The notes: generated by a model from the letters alone, not told the origin. Positions 46,804 through 56,867 are shown, numbered from the stretch's first letter. The stretch: 64,000 nt of DNA from an uncultured archaeon (GCA_964592405.1 CAZQBY010000006.1:13007-77006); one strand, 5' to 3'. Numbers and translations: made by a program.

Positions 46804-49752
46804 ATGGTCTGTGACTACCGGCGTATAGAGGAGAAATGGAGGAGGAAATGGGCTGATGCAGGAGTATTTGAGCCGGAGCCATCGGAAAAGCCGAAATTCT
46901 ACATAACTGTAGCCTATCCCTACCCTTCTGGAGGCATGCACGTTGGCCATGCGCGCACATATACGGTACCGGATATCTTCGCCAGATACAAGCGCATGAA
47001 GGGCTATAATGTCCTTTTCCCAATGGCATGGCATGTGACCGGAACCCCCATAGTCGGCGCGGTCAAGCGCATGAAGGAGGGTGAAGAAAAACAGCTCCGT
47101 GTTCTCAGGGATATTTATGGCGTTACTGGAGAGGAGATGAAGAAGATGCAAACCCCCATGGACTACGCGCGCTACTTCATCGAGAACCATTACATTCCCG
47201 GAATGAAGGGCATGGGCTATTCCATAGACTGGCGCCGACAGTTCACGACAAATGACCCTCACTACAGCAGGTTTATAACATGGCAGTACAATACACTCTA
47301 CAGATATGGTCTTGTCCGTGAGGGCAAGCACCCTGTAAGATACTGTACGGGTTGCAGAAATCCGGTTACCGCGCATGACATTCTTGAAGGGGAGGAGGCC
47401 GAGATGCAGGAATGGACCCTGTTGAAATTCAGATTTGAAGACCCGACTGGAGACCCGAAACTGAAAACTGAAAACTGTTTCATCATTGCGGCCACCCTTC
47501 GTCCGGAGACCATGTATGGCCAGACAAACATGTGGGTAAATCCTGATGTGGAATACGTCAGGGCCAGGGTGGGCAGTGAGTGCTGGATAATCAGCAGGGA
47601 ATGTGCCGAGAAGCTGCCGTATCAGGACAAGAAGGTGCAGATACTTGGCACAATAAGGGGGAGCGAGATGGTTGGTAGGTATTGCCATGCGCCTGCGATA
47701 GACAGGAATATCATAATACTGCCGTCCAGCTTCCCAGATCCGGCGATCGGAACCGGACTTGTCACCTCCGTCCCGTCGGATGCCCCATATGACTGGGTTG
47801 CGCTCAGACAACTGCAGGAGAGCAGGGAGGAATGCGAGAGGTATGGTCTGGACTGGGAGGAAATAAAGAAGATTGAGGTCATACCAATCATCCGGACAAA
47901 GAAATTTGGCGAAAATGCAGCCCTTAAGATAGTTGGGGACATGGGGATCAGGAGCCAGAATGAGACAGAAAAGCTGGAGGCTGCGACGAAGGAGGTCTAC
48001 AAGGAGGGATTCCACACAGGTGTCATGCTGGATACGTGTGGTCCATACTCCGGCATGCCGGTGGAGCGCGCAAAAGAAGCTATGCGTGAGGCCTTTCTGG
48101 AACAGGGTCTGGCTGATGTGATGTATGACTTCTCCGAGCCCGTTATCTGCAGATGTGGAAAAAAGGTAGTGGTGGCTAATGCGGACTCATGGTTTCTGAG
48201 ATACTCCGACAGCGAATGGAAGGCCAAGACTAGGGGCTGTGTCCAGAACCTGAAATGCATACCGGAGAATACCCGCAGTGAATATAACCACACCATCGAC
48301 TGGCTGAAGGACTGGCCCTGTATACGCAATTTTGGGCTTGGAACCAAGCTGCCGTTTGATGAGCGCTTTATAATCGAGCCGCTTTCTGACTCCACGATAT
48401 ATATGGCCTTTTACACGATATCCCACCTAATCAGGGACATTGAGCCAGAGAAGCTGACGGAGGACTTCTTCAACTTCGTTTTCAGGGGGGAGGGGACTCT
48501 GGACGATGTGGCGAGGAAGACCGGTATAGAGAAGGGCAGGTTGGACAGAATTAAGGCTTCGTTTGACTACTGGTATCCACTGGACTGGAGGTGCTCAGCC
48601 TCAGAGCTCATAGGCAATCATCTGACCTTCATGATATTTCACCACACAGCGCTGTTTCCATTTAACAAATGGCCAAAGGGGATTGTGGCATTCGGCGTGG
48701 GCCTGTTGGAAGGGCAGAAAATGTCTTCCTCTAGGGGCAATGTTGTCCTGCTGAAAGAAGCACTTGAACGCCATGGTGCCGATGTTGTCCGGCTGTTTCT
48801 GATGAGCAATGCTGAGCCCTGGCAGGACTTCGACTGGCGCGAGAACGAGGTTATGGGTGCGAAGAAGGCACTTGCAAGGTTTTGGGCATTTGCGCAATCG
48901 GTGAGGAAACTTGGTAATTTAGGTGAATCATCTCCGGACCAACAATCTCCGGACCAACAATCTCCGGACCAACAATCTCCGGACACACAATCTCCGGACC
49001 AACAATCTCCGGGCGCACAATCCCCGGACAGAGAATATGCGCGCACATCCATAGATAAATGGCTCATCTCAAAGCTACAGGCAATCAAGAGGGAGGTTGG
49101 CGAGGCTCTTGAGGGCTTTCAGACAAGAAAGGCTCTCCAGTCCGGGTTTTTTGAGGTTTTCCCTGTTCTGAGGTGGTATGAGCGGAGGGGGGGAAATAAC
49201 GCCGCAGTCCTCAGGGAGTTCCTCTCCGAATGGGTCAGACTGATGGCACCTTTCACACCCTACATCTGTGAGGAGATATGGTCTTGGATTGGAGACGGTT
49301 TTGTAATTGATGCCCCATATCCAGAGGCAGATGAGTCAAGGAGGTTTACAAAGGCCGAAGCAGCCGAGGCCCTGATTGAGAGACTACTGGCAGATATTGA
49401 AAAGATTGTGGAGATGACCGGCAAAAAGCCGAAGCGAATTCTTGTTTACACAGCAGATGACTGGAAATACCGGCTTTTCGAAGAGGTGAAAAAGGGCGTG
49501 CAGACAGCTGATATAATGAGGAACAAGGAATTTGAAGATTACAGAAAAGAAGCGGCCCGGCTGGTCCAGAAGGCAAACGCGGCAGAGTTCGTTCCGGGAT
49601 GGACAAGAGAGGATGATAATTCCACACTCCTTGATGCACTGGAGTTCTTGAAAAGGGAGCTGGCCTGTAGTGTGGCCATAAATCCAAAAGAGGATCCGCA
49701 GGACAGGGCGCGCTTTGCACTGCCTATGAGACCTGCCATTTATTTGGAATAA
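46804..49752 (+). CDS. leuS: Leucine-tRNA ligase (archaeal type)
   Basis: YPYPSGGMHVGH, ATLRPET, GTGLVTSVPSDAP, KMSSS. Confidence 0.97.
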   Translation: MVCDYRRIEEKWRRKWADAGVFEPEPSEKPKFYITVAYPYPSGGMHVGHARTYTVPDIFARYKRMKGYNVLFPMAWHVTGTPIVGAVKRMKEGEEKQLRVLRDIYGVTGEEMKKMQTPMDYARYFIENHYIPGMKGMGYSIDWRRQFTTNDPHYSRFITWQYNTLYRYGLVREGKHPVRYCTGCRNPVTAHDILEGEEAEMQEWTLLKFRFEDPTGDPKLKTENCFIIAATLRPETMYGQTNMWVNPDVEYVRARVGSECWIISRECAEKLPYQDKKVQILGTIRGSEMVGRYCHAPAIDRNIIILPSSFPDPAIGTGLVTSVPSDAPYDWVALRQLQESREECERYGLDWEEIKKIEVIPIIRTKKFGENAALKIVGDMGIRSQNETEKLEAATKEVYKEGFHTGVMLDTCGPYSGMPVERAKEAMREAFLEQGLADVMYDFSEPVICRCGKKVVVANADSWFLRYSDSEWKAKTRGCVQNLKCIPENTRSEYNHTIDWLKDWPCIRNFGLGTKLPFDERFIIEPLSDSTIYMAFYTISHLIRDIEPEKLTEDFFNFVFRGEGTLDDVARKTGIEKGRLDRIKASFDYWYPLDWRCSASELIGNHLTFMIFHHTALFPFNKWPKGIVAFGVGLLEGQKMSSSRGNVVLLKEALERHGADVVRLFLMSNAEPWQDFDWRENEVMGAKKALARFWAFAQSVRKLGNLGESSPDQQSPDQQSPDQQSPDTQSPDQQSPGAQSPDREYARTSIDKWLISKLQAIKREVGEALEGFQTRKALQSGFFEVFPVLRWYERRGGNNAAVLREFLSEWVRLMAPFTPYICEEIWSWIGDGFVIDAPYPEADESRRFTKAEAAEALIERLLADIEKIVEMTGKKPKRILVYTADDWKYRLFEEVKKGVQTADIMRNKEFEDYRKEAARLVQKANAAEFVPGWTREDDNSTLLDALEFLKRELACSVAINPKEDPQDRARFALPMRPAIYLE
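48931..49029 (+). repeat. In-frame 15-bp tandem repeat (TCTCCGGACCAACAA, ~6.6 units) encoding SPDQQ inside leuS
   Basis: Read directly from the sequence. Confidence 0.95.
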
Positions 49753-49860
49753 CAGAAGTCAAATTCAATGTGCTGTTTGATTGTGCCAAACATATACAGC
49801 AGAAATATACGCAGGAATGCACACCAAAATACACACCAAAATACACACCAAAAATAAAAA

Positions 49861-50754
49861 ATGAAAATAGTTTCCATAGGTGCGGTTCTCATGGATCAGG
49901 TAGCCTTAGTTTCGCGCTTTCCGGGCGAGGATGATGAGGTTTTCGTCCCCTGCTTGGAGCTGAGGCCGGGTGGCTCTGCAGCAAATTTTGCAGTATTCTG
50001 TTCGCGACTTGGTGGGAAAGCGGGCTTTGTTGGGAAGGTGGGCAGGGACAATTTTGGCGACGTGCTCATATCAGACCTGGTGAGTGAGGGGGTTGACACA
50101 AACGGTGTTGTGCGTTCTGATTTACCAACCGGAACAGTGTTCATTGCGGTCCGCTCAGATGGCCAGCGCATGATGTTTGCCTGTTCCGGGGCAGCAAATG
50201 ACCTGCATGAATCGGATATCAGCCCACATTACCTGAACAGGTTTGACCATCTGCACTTGGCAGACCTGAATAATATCGCCGTATTGAAACATGCCGCTTC
50301 TCTCTTTGAGGGCAGTGTCAGCCTTAATCCGGGTGCCCTGATAGCAGACAAAGGAAAGGAGGCACTTGACCTGATAAAGGAGGTGGATATCCTCATATGC
50401 TCAAAGAACGAGGCCAGAAAGCTTACTGGTGAGAAATCCATTGAAAACTGCCTTCAGACACTCACCGACATGGGTCCTGAGACTGCCGTTGTGACATGTG
50501 GCCCGGAACCGCCACTGGCTATGAGCAGGGAGGGTGCTACAGTGACGGCCCAGACGCATGACATCAAGATTGTTGACACCACAGGTGCCGGAGATTCATT
50601 TTCAGCAGGGTTTGTGTCCGAGTTTCTGAGAAGCAGGGACATGGGGCAGGCCCTCAGATTTGGGGTTGCAACAGCAGAAATAGTCATACAACACAGGGGA
50701 GCGCGCGCGGGCCTGAAAAATCGCAAGCAGGTTGAGCGAGTCCTTCCTGCCTAA
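49861..50754 (+). CDS. PfkB family carbohydrate/nucleoside kinase
   Basis: PGGSAAN, GKVGRDNFG, VDTTGAGDSF. Confidence 0.92.
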   Translation: MKIVSIGAVLMDQVALVSRFPGEDDEVFVPCLELRPGGSAANFAVFCSRLGGKAGFVGKVGRDNFGDVLISDLVSEGVDTNGVVRSDLPTGTVFIAVRSDGQRMMFACSGAANDLHESDISPHYLNRFDHLHLADLNNIAVLKHAASLFEGSVSLNPGALIADKGKEALDLIKEVDILICSKNEARKLTGEKSIENCLQTLTDMGPETAVVTCGPEPPLAMSREGATVTAQTHDIKIVDTTGAGDSFSAGFVSEFLRSRDMGQALRFGVATAEIVIQHRGARAGLKNRKQVERVLPA

Positions 50755-51404
50755 TATCTCTTTCCTCTCTGCTTGTTTATGTCAAACTCGGCAGTCCTGG
50801 CTATGGCCATAACAGCCATTACACCTGCCTGTACCGGATCAGTGACAATCAGATCAGCCGCTTTTGCGGCGGACCCGGGCATGTTCAGCGATATGACTAT
50901 GACTCCCAGATCCCTTATTTCCTTCACGGCATCCGTTATCCTGCCGCCCATAATTGAACCTGCCAGGACCAGCACCTCTGCCCTGGAAAGCCTTGCAACC
51001 GCCCTGACAGCATTTTCCAGTTTGTCCTCACCCACTAGGGGAATCGTGTCCACGGATATCTTTTCCCCCCTTATATTGTGGCGGTCGGCTTCACTTATGG
51101 CACCTTTGGCAACTTCAGCCACCTGTGCACCGCCCCCGATAATGATAACCCTCTTTCCATAAACCTCACTGAATGTGGGCACTTCCTTCAGGCTTATCAC
51201 CGGCTTCAGCCCGGATATCGCTTTTTTGACTCCCTCCTTATCTTCAACTCCTTCCAGCTCAAGATATATTTTGGCCTTGTTCTTTCTCTTCTCCCCTGTG
51301 GTAATGTGGCTTATGTTTATTCCGCCTGCCGATATTACCCCTGTTATGGAATTCAGAACACCCGGCCTGTCCTCGACAGTCAGATCCAAGGCAATCCTGC
51401 TCAT
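50751..51404 (-). CDS. ACT-domain protein of the DUF5612 (AF1403-like) family
   Basis: EDRPGVL ACT start; GKRVIIIGGGAQV, EADRHNIRGEKISVDT, LAGSIMGG. Confidence 0.85.
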   Translation of the reverse strand: MSRIALDLTVEDRPGVLNSITGVISAGGINISHITTGEKRKNKAKIYLELEGVEDKEGVKKAISGLKPVISLKEVPTFSEVYGKRVIIIGGGAQVAEVAKGAISEADRHNIRGEKISVDTIPLVGEDKLENAVRAVARLSRAEVLVLAGSIMGGRITDAVKEIRDLGVIVISLNMPGSAAKAADLIVTDPVQAGVMAVMAIARTAEFDINKQRGKRY

Positions 51405-52570
51405 CTTATGGCCTCCATTAGATTCTCAGCCGCAAAATTGATTTCCTCTTTTGATAGGATGAGTGGTGGCAACATCCTTATAACAGTCTTATCGGTTACA
51501 TTGACTAAAATACCCCTGCTCCGCATATCCTCCATTACGGTCTTTGCCTTCTCTTTGGATTCCAGCTCTAGGGCGATCATTAGTCCAAGACCCCTTGCAC
51601 CCTCATGGTCTAGACAACTGAGAAAGTATCTGCCAATCTCTGCCGCATGCTTCATCAGGCCATTATCCAGAATTGTCTCCACAGTTGCTATACCTGCTGC
51701 ACAGGCCAGTGGCCCGCCACCAAAAGTCGAGCCGTGATCACCTTTCCCTATGGAAGATGCAATATTCTCAGCCACCAGGGTTACGCCCATGGGAAACCCG
51801 TTGCCTATACCCTTGGCGATTGTTATGATATCCGGCCTGACACCGGTATGCTCAAATGCAAAGAATTTTCCAGTCCGCCCAACCCCGGTCTGGACCTCAT
51901 CTGTGACCATAAGCGCTCCGTTGGCATCGCACAACTCGCGCACCTCCCTGAAATACTCTACGCTGTCCTCCAGACTATCCTTGGGAAACCTAACGCCTCC
52001 CTCTCCCTGAATGAATTCAAGGAAAACCGCTGCTGTATCTGCATCCATTGCAGCTTTCAGGGAATCTATGTTGCCATACTCCACTATCCTAACATTCGGC
52101 ATCAGAGGCCTGAACGGTTCCTGATATTTCTTTTTGTCCGTTATCGCAAGAGCTCCAAAGGTCCTGCCATGAAAACTGTTGCTCATGGCGATTATGCCAT
52201 GCCGCTTTGTATGCTTCCTCGCAAACTTGATGGCTGCTTCGTTTGCTTCTGCTCCGGAATTGCAGAAAAAGGCTTTGGTCTTCATCGGGGCAAGATCGCT
52301 GAGCATCTCTGCCAGCCTCGCCTGGTTTTCTATGTAGTATAGGTTGGAAACATGCATGAGTTTTCCTGCCTGTTCCCTGATGGCCTTTACAACCCTTGGA
52401 TGTGCATGACCAAGAGGCACACAGGCTATACCCCCTATCAGATCCAGATATTCGTTGCCTTCAGAGTCCCAGACCCTGCATCCGCTACCCCTGACCAACT
52501 CCAGTGGATACCGCTCGTAGGTTTGCAGAACAAACCTCTCATCCAGTCTTTTCAATATCTCAAAGTCCAT
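51401..52570 (-). CDS. argD: Acetylornithine aminotransferase
   Basis: NSGAEANE, FHGRT, IQGEGG, DEVQTG.GRTG, AKGIGNG, HGSTFGG. Confidence 0.92.
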   Translation of the reverse strand: MDFEILKRLDERFVLQTYERYPLELVRGSGCRVWDSEGNEYLDLIGGIACVPLGHAHPRVVKAIREQAGKLMHVSNLYYIENQARLAEMLSDLAPMKTKAFFCNSGAEANEAAIKFARKHTKRHGIIAMSNSFHGRTFGALAITDKKKYQEPFRPLMPNVRIVEYGNIDSLKAAMDADTAAVFLEFIQGEGGVRFPKDSLEDSVEYFREVRELCDANGALMVTDEVQTGVGRTGKFFAFEHTGVRPDIITIAKGIGNGFPMGVTLVAENIASSIGKGDHGSTFGGGPLACAAGIATVETILDNGLMKHAAEIGRYFLSCLDHEGARGLGLMIALELESKEKAKTVMEDMRSRGILVNVTDKTVIRMLPPLILSKEEINFAAENLMEAIR

Positions 52571-52684
52571 CCATTCCTGTCCATCCCTATACAGAACCTT
52601 ATATGGGAAGTTACAATGGAAATTTATACAAACTTATACAAAAACTGCCACTAACAAAAACTGCCACTAAAACCCACAAGGACA

Positions 52685-53521
52685 TCACTCGGTTATCATT
52701 GTCCCAATTCCCCTGTCTGTAAAAACCTCTATAAGAAGAGAATGCTCCCTGCATCCATCTATTATGTGAGCACTTTTGACACCAGCCTCAATAGCCTCAA
52801 TTATTGCTTTGGTTTTTGGAACCATGCCTCCGCGCAGCTCTTCCCACTTGAGCTTCTGTTTGAGTTCCTTGGTGCTTATGGATGAAATCAGTGATTTCTT
52901 ATCGTTCTCGTCCTCCAGCAGGCCCGGAACGTTTGTGAGGTAAATAAGTTTCTCTGCACCCATTGCCTTGGCTATCGCTGCGGCCAGATCATCAGCATTG
53001 ATGTTAACCGCCTTCCCCCTTTCATCCAGCCCTATCGGCTGGACCACGGGGGTATAACCCTGCTCGAGTAGCCCTTCCAGGACCGACTTGTCGATAGAGC
53101 TGATTCGGCCAACATTTCCCAGTTTTTCCATCCGCTTTGCACGCACCATCTTCCCGCTCTTGCCTGTTGTTCCGATCGCCTTGCAGTTCAGGTTTTCCAG
53201 CTCTTCAACTATCTCACTGTTTACCCTTCCGAGAACCATGGTTACAACATCAAGTGTCTTATCATCTGTGTGGCGTAGCCCCTCAACAAACCTGACTTTC
53301 AGCCCAAGCTTCTCGCTCAGTCTGCTTATCTCCTTCCCCCCGCCATGCACCAGTATAAGCTTTATACCAACAAACTTGAGCAGTGCGACATCTTCCAGTA
53401 TTGTGAGCCTGGTCTTCTCATCGACCAGCATGCTGCCGCCCAGTTTTATAACAAAAACCTTGCCATTGAATCTTCTGATGTAGGGTATAGCCTCTATTAG
53501 GGTTTTTATCTGGTTCATCAT
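52685..53521 (-). CDS. argB: Acetylglutamate kinase
   Basis: VIKLGG, VHGGG, NINAD, GGMVPK. Confidence 0.95.
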   Translation of the reverse strand: MMNQIKTLIEAIPYIRRFNGKVFVIKLGGSMLVDEKTRLTILEDVALLKFVGIKLILVHGGGKEISRLSEKLGLKVRFVEGLRHTDDKTLDVVTMVLGRVNSEIVEELENLNCKAIGTTGKSGKMVRAKRMEKLGNVGRISSIDKSVLEGLLEQGYTPVVQPIGLDERGKAVNINADDLAAAIAKAMGAEKLIYLTNVPGLLEDENDKKSLISSISTKELKQKLKWEELRGGMVPKTKAIIEAIEAGVKSAHIIDGCREHSLLIEVFTDRGIGTMITE

Positions 53522-54660
53522 GTATATTCTGCATTGATTTTTATATATTCATAGGACATGTCCCCAGACCAGGCTTTTGCAGATCCTCTTCCCAAACCCA
53601 GCTCAACAATTATGCGTATCTTCTCAGCCTTTTTCATCTCTTCGCTGAGTGTCTCCCTGTCGAAGTCCTGTGCAAAACCGTCGAAGAGCAGGTATCTCTG
53701 GCCGCCTACTTCATACCATATCTTCAGTTTGTCCTCCTCCAGCTCAGCTCCCGACCGGCCGGCTGCAGCTGCAACCCTCCCCCAGTTTGGGTTGTTGCCG
53801 AAGACAGATGTCTTGACCAAACAGGAATCAGCTATGGCACGCGCAACCAGCTTGGCATCCTCCTTGTTTTTGGCTCCGGTTACCTCTATCTCTATAAGTG
53901 TTGTCACGCCCTCTCCATCCGCTATGATCATCCCGGCCATCTCCTGACAGAAGATGGTGAGCGCTTCTGCAAAATTTCCAGCAGTCTTCTCACCTGTTGA
54001 CACCAGCAGGACCATATCATTTGTGCTCATGTCGTTGTCCACAGACATCATATTGAAGCTCCCATCTACAGCCTTCTTTAGGTCTCCCTTCTTGAATTTG
54101 GCATCCGTTACAATAAAGCAGAGCATTGTAGCCATATTTGGGTGTATCATCCCGGCACCCTTAGCTATGCCGCCGATCTTAAATTCTCCAAAGTCTATGC
54201 AGAGTTCTTTGGGTCTGGTATCCGTTGTCATGATTGCCTTGGCAGCATCTTCGCTGTTATCGCCCAGAATCCTGACTGCCCGCTCTATCTGGTTCTTAAT
54301 CAGGGTGGTGTCCATATACCTCCCTATAATCCCGGTGGAGGCGACCACAATGTTATTCTCATCTATTCTGAGCTCCTCGGCGACCTTCCACGCAATACCC
54401 TCTGCATCACGCAGACCCTGTTCTCCGGTTGAGCAGTTGGCGTTGCCGGAGTTGATAACTATGGCCTGTACACCATTCTTTATGCGCTTGCGCGTTATCT
54501 TGATTGAGGCAGAGACTATCTTGTTGTTTGTGTAAACCCCATCAGCCTCACAGACCTTGTCGAAGACTATAAGCGCCAGTCCGTTCTTGCCATCCCTAAC
54601 GCCGGCGGTTTTTACACCAAGATTGTTCAGCCCACCTTCAAGATTTTTCAGCTTTTTCAT
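53518..54660 (-). CDS. argJ: Ornithine acetyltransferase / N-acetylglutamate synthase
   Basis: NSGNAN, STGIIG, AKGAGMIHPNMATML, STND, DGEG, NWGR. Confidence 0.95.
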   Translation of the reverse strand: MKKLKNLEGGLNNLGVKTAGVRDGKNGLALIVFDKVCEADGVYTNNKIVSASIKITRKRIKNGVQAIVINSGNANCSTGEQGLRDAEGIAWKVAEELRIDENNIVVASTGIIGRYMDTTLIKNQIERAVRILGDNSEDAAKAIMTTDTRPKELCIDFGEFKIGGIAKGAGMIHPNMATMLCFIVTDAKFKKGDLKKAVDGSFNMMSVDNDMSTNDMVLLVSTGEKTAGNFAEALTIFCQEMAGMIIADGEGVTTLIEIEVTGAKNKEDAKLVARAIADSCLVKTSVFGNNPNWGRVAAAAGRSGAELEEDKLKIWYEVGGQRYLLFDGFAQDFDRETLSEEMKKAEKIRIIVELGLGRGSAKAWSGDMSYEYIKINAEYT

Positions 54661-54729
54661 ACCATTTAGTTTGAGCATTTGGGGAAAAAAACCGCAAAAC
54701 AAAAAACCGTGAAATCAGCGAAAACCGGT

Positions 54730-54738
54730 TTTTATATA
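54730..54738 (+). promoter_or_regulatory. TATA box of the rps15 operon
   Basis: TTTTATATA with an A-rich BRE-like upstream sequence, about 25 nt before the structured leader. Confidence 0.6.
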
Positions 54739-54762
54739 CCTTCCATCAAATTAAGCGCTTAT

Positions 54763-54886
54763 TTCTTAGGGCAGGCCGGTACTGGCATAAGTCAAGCTGT
54801 GTTTGTGTGGGCAAAATCCGCACACAGGTAGGGATGAAGTCCCGTACTAACCTGCGCCACAAATCAGGTCTACAGGCCCCTAAGAA
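54763..54886 (+). ncRNA. Structured 5' leader of rps15, candidate S15 ribosomal leader (16S mimic)
   Basis: 9-bp closing stem TTCTTAGGG/CCCTAAGAA with internal hairpins; GGTAGGGATGAAGTCCCGTA resembles archaeal 16S helix 23. Confidence 0.7.
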
Positions 54887-54898
54887 TCACCGACAAAA

Positions 54899-55354
54899 AT
54901 GGCAAGGATACATGCAAGGAGGAAGGGGAAGAGTGGGAGCACAAAGCCACCGGTATTACAGGCCGACAAGTGGCTTGAATACACCCACAATGAGATATTT
55001 GATCTGATAGCAGAGCTGGCAAAAAAGGGAAAGAGTGCCTCTGAGATAGGCAACATACTCAGGGACCGGTATGGAGTTCCGGATGTCAAGGCCATTACTG
55101 GAAAGAAGATAACTGAGGTCCTCAGGGAAAGGGGACTCAGCCCGAACTTGCCTGAGGATCTGGGCAATCTGCTCAGGCAGGCTCTCAAACTCAGAAAGCA
55201 CTTGGAGAGAAACAAGAACGACAAGAGCAACCGCAGGGGCTTGGAGCTGACCGAATCCAAGATAAAGCGGCTGGTGCGCTATTACAAGGGGAAGGGCATA
55301 CTCCCGGCCAGCTTCTATTACGATGTGAATAAAATCGAACTTCTGTTGCGATGA
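54899..55354 (+). CDS. rps15: 30S ribosomal protein S15 (uS15)
   Basis: MARIHARRKGKSGS, LRDRYG, PEDL, ESKIKRL.RYYK. Confidence 0.97.
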   Translation: MARIHARRKGKSGSTKPPVLQADKWLEYTHNEIFDLIAELAKKGKSASEIGNILRDRYGVPDVKAITGKKITEVLRERGLSPNLPEDLGNLLRQALKLRKHLERNKNDKSNRRGLELTESKIKRLVRYYKGKGILPASFYYDVNKIELLLR

Positions 55355-55467
55355 TACAACGTGTTCAGGTGAGAGTAAGTATAGGCACAGAGATTAAGGA
55401 ATTTGAAAGCAGGGATATGGATACTGTCATTGCAGATGTCGATTCCTATCTGGCCGGCAAAAGATGA
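55351..55467 (+). CDS. 38-aa micro-protein, possibly a minimal KEOPS Pcc1
   Basis: MIQRVQVRVSIGTEIKEFESRDMDTVIADVDSYLAGKR; ATGA overlaps with both rps15 and serS. Confidence 0.6.
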   Translation: MIQRVQVRVSIGTEIKEFESRDMDTVIADVDSYLAGKR

Positions 55468-56741
55468 TTGACATAAAAATCATAAGGGAGTCCCCTGCGA
55501 TTGTGAGGGCAGATCTGGAAAAACGCGGTATGGATACCGCAATAGTTGACAGGGTTGTATCTCTTGATAACAGGTGGAGGGCTGCTCTTCAGGAGGTTGA
55601 AAAACTCAGGCACGAGAGGAACAGGATTACGGCCGAGGTTGCACAGCTGAAGAGGGAGGGAAAGGACACTTCCTCCAAGATAAAGGAGATCTCCGGAATA
55701 CCCCAGCGCATAAAGGAACTGGAGCTGCGTGCCGAGGAGCTGAAAAACCAGCTTGATAAGGAGATGCTTGAGATTCCCAACATCCTCCATGAATCTGTGC
55801 CGAAGGGAGAGACCGATGAGGATAATGTGGTTATCAGGGAAGTAGGCAAAAAGCCGGAGTTTGGCTTCAGTCCACGGGATCACATAGAGCTTGGGGAGAT
55901 ATGTGATCTGATAGACGTGGAGCGTGCATCCAAGGTCAGCGGCGCGCGTTTCTACTATCTGAAGAACGAGGCAGTCCTGCTGGAATTTGCCATAATCCAG
56001 TATGTCCTGAATCTCCTGCGCGAGAAGGGGTTCATCCTTCACATCACCCCTGCCCTCATCAGGGGCGGGGTAATGGAGGGCGCAGGGTTCCTGCCTGCCG
56101 GAAGGGAGGATATCTATAAGATAGAGGGCGAGGATCTCTATCTGGTAGGCACCAGCGAGCAGGCGCTTGCCGGCCTGCACATGGGCGAGATTATAGAGAA
56201 GAGCAGGCTTCCCCTCCACTATGCCGGCTTTTCACCGTGCTTCAGAACCGAAGCCGGCTCTCATGGAAGGGATACAAAGGGAATCTTCCGGGTTCATCAG
56301 TTTGACAAGGTGGAAATGTTCCTGTTTACGAAGCCTGAGGAGTCGTGGAAAGAACATGAATTTCTCCTAGAAACGGCAGAGGAAATATACAAGGGGCTTG
56401 AGATACCCTACCGCGTTGTTAATGTCTGCACGGGTGAGATGGGCTCGGTGGCCGCCAAAAAGTATGACATAGAGGCATGGTTCCCGGGGCAGGACAAGTA
56501 CCGGGAGATTGTTTCCTGTTCCAACTGCACGGATTATCAGGCAAGAAGACTCAAGATACGGTGCAGGGAAAACCCGGGCGATCCAACCGAATATGTCCAC
56601 ACCCTGAATTCAACTGCATCGGCCATCAGCCGGACAATAGTGGCAATCCTTGAAAACTACCAGAATGAAGACGGGTCTGTGGATATCCCCAAGGTGCTTA
56701 AACCCTATGCGGGCATCAAAGGGATAAAACCAAAAAAATAA
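55464..56741 (+). CDS. serS: Serine-tRNA ligase (bacterial type)
   Basis: GTSE, CFRTEAGSHGRDTKGIFRVHQFDKVE, EIVSCSNCTDYQARR, HTLNST. Confidence 0.97.
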   Translation: MIDIKIIRESPAIVRADLEKRGMDTAIVDRVVSLDNRWRAALQEVEKLRHERNRITAEVAQLKREGKDTSSKIKEISGIPQRIKELELRAEELKNQLDKEMLEIPNILHESVPKGETDEDNVVIREVGKKPEFGFSPRDHIELGEICDLIDVERASKVSGARFYYLKNEAVLLEFAIIQYVLNLLREKGFILHITPALIRGGVMEGAGFLPAGREDIYKIEGEDLYLVGTSEQALAGLHMGEIIEKSRLPLHYAGFSPCFRTEAGSHGRDTKGIFRVHQFDKVEMFLFTKPEESWKEHEFLLETAEEIYKGLEIPYRVVNVCTGEMGSVAAKKYDIEAWFPGQDKYREIVSCSNCTDYQARRLKIRCRENPGDPTEYVHTLNSTASAISRTIVAILENYQNEDGSVDIPKVLKPYAGIKGIKPKK

Positions 56742-56867
56742 AACCTAGATGAATCCCATGAACATCCCTATTGCATTGCGGTTAATATCTAAGGAAGTCC
56801 AAAAGAAATTTTTAAAGAAGTTTTTTAACAAGAAAATACAAACATAGGCTCACACACTCTGTAAAAA

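Noticed and set aside
45432-48015. Long ORFs 45432-46733 (+) and 46717-48015 (-)
   Set aside because: Antisense shadows of the beta-helix gene and leuS, with no motifs.
48931-49029. CRISPR array
   Set aside because: Contiguous 15-bp units with no spacers, in frame within leuS; no cas genes.
55446-56219. 257-aa minus-strand ORF and similar short antisense ORFs throughout the track
   Set aside because: Antisense shadows of well-supported genes such as serS.
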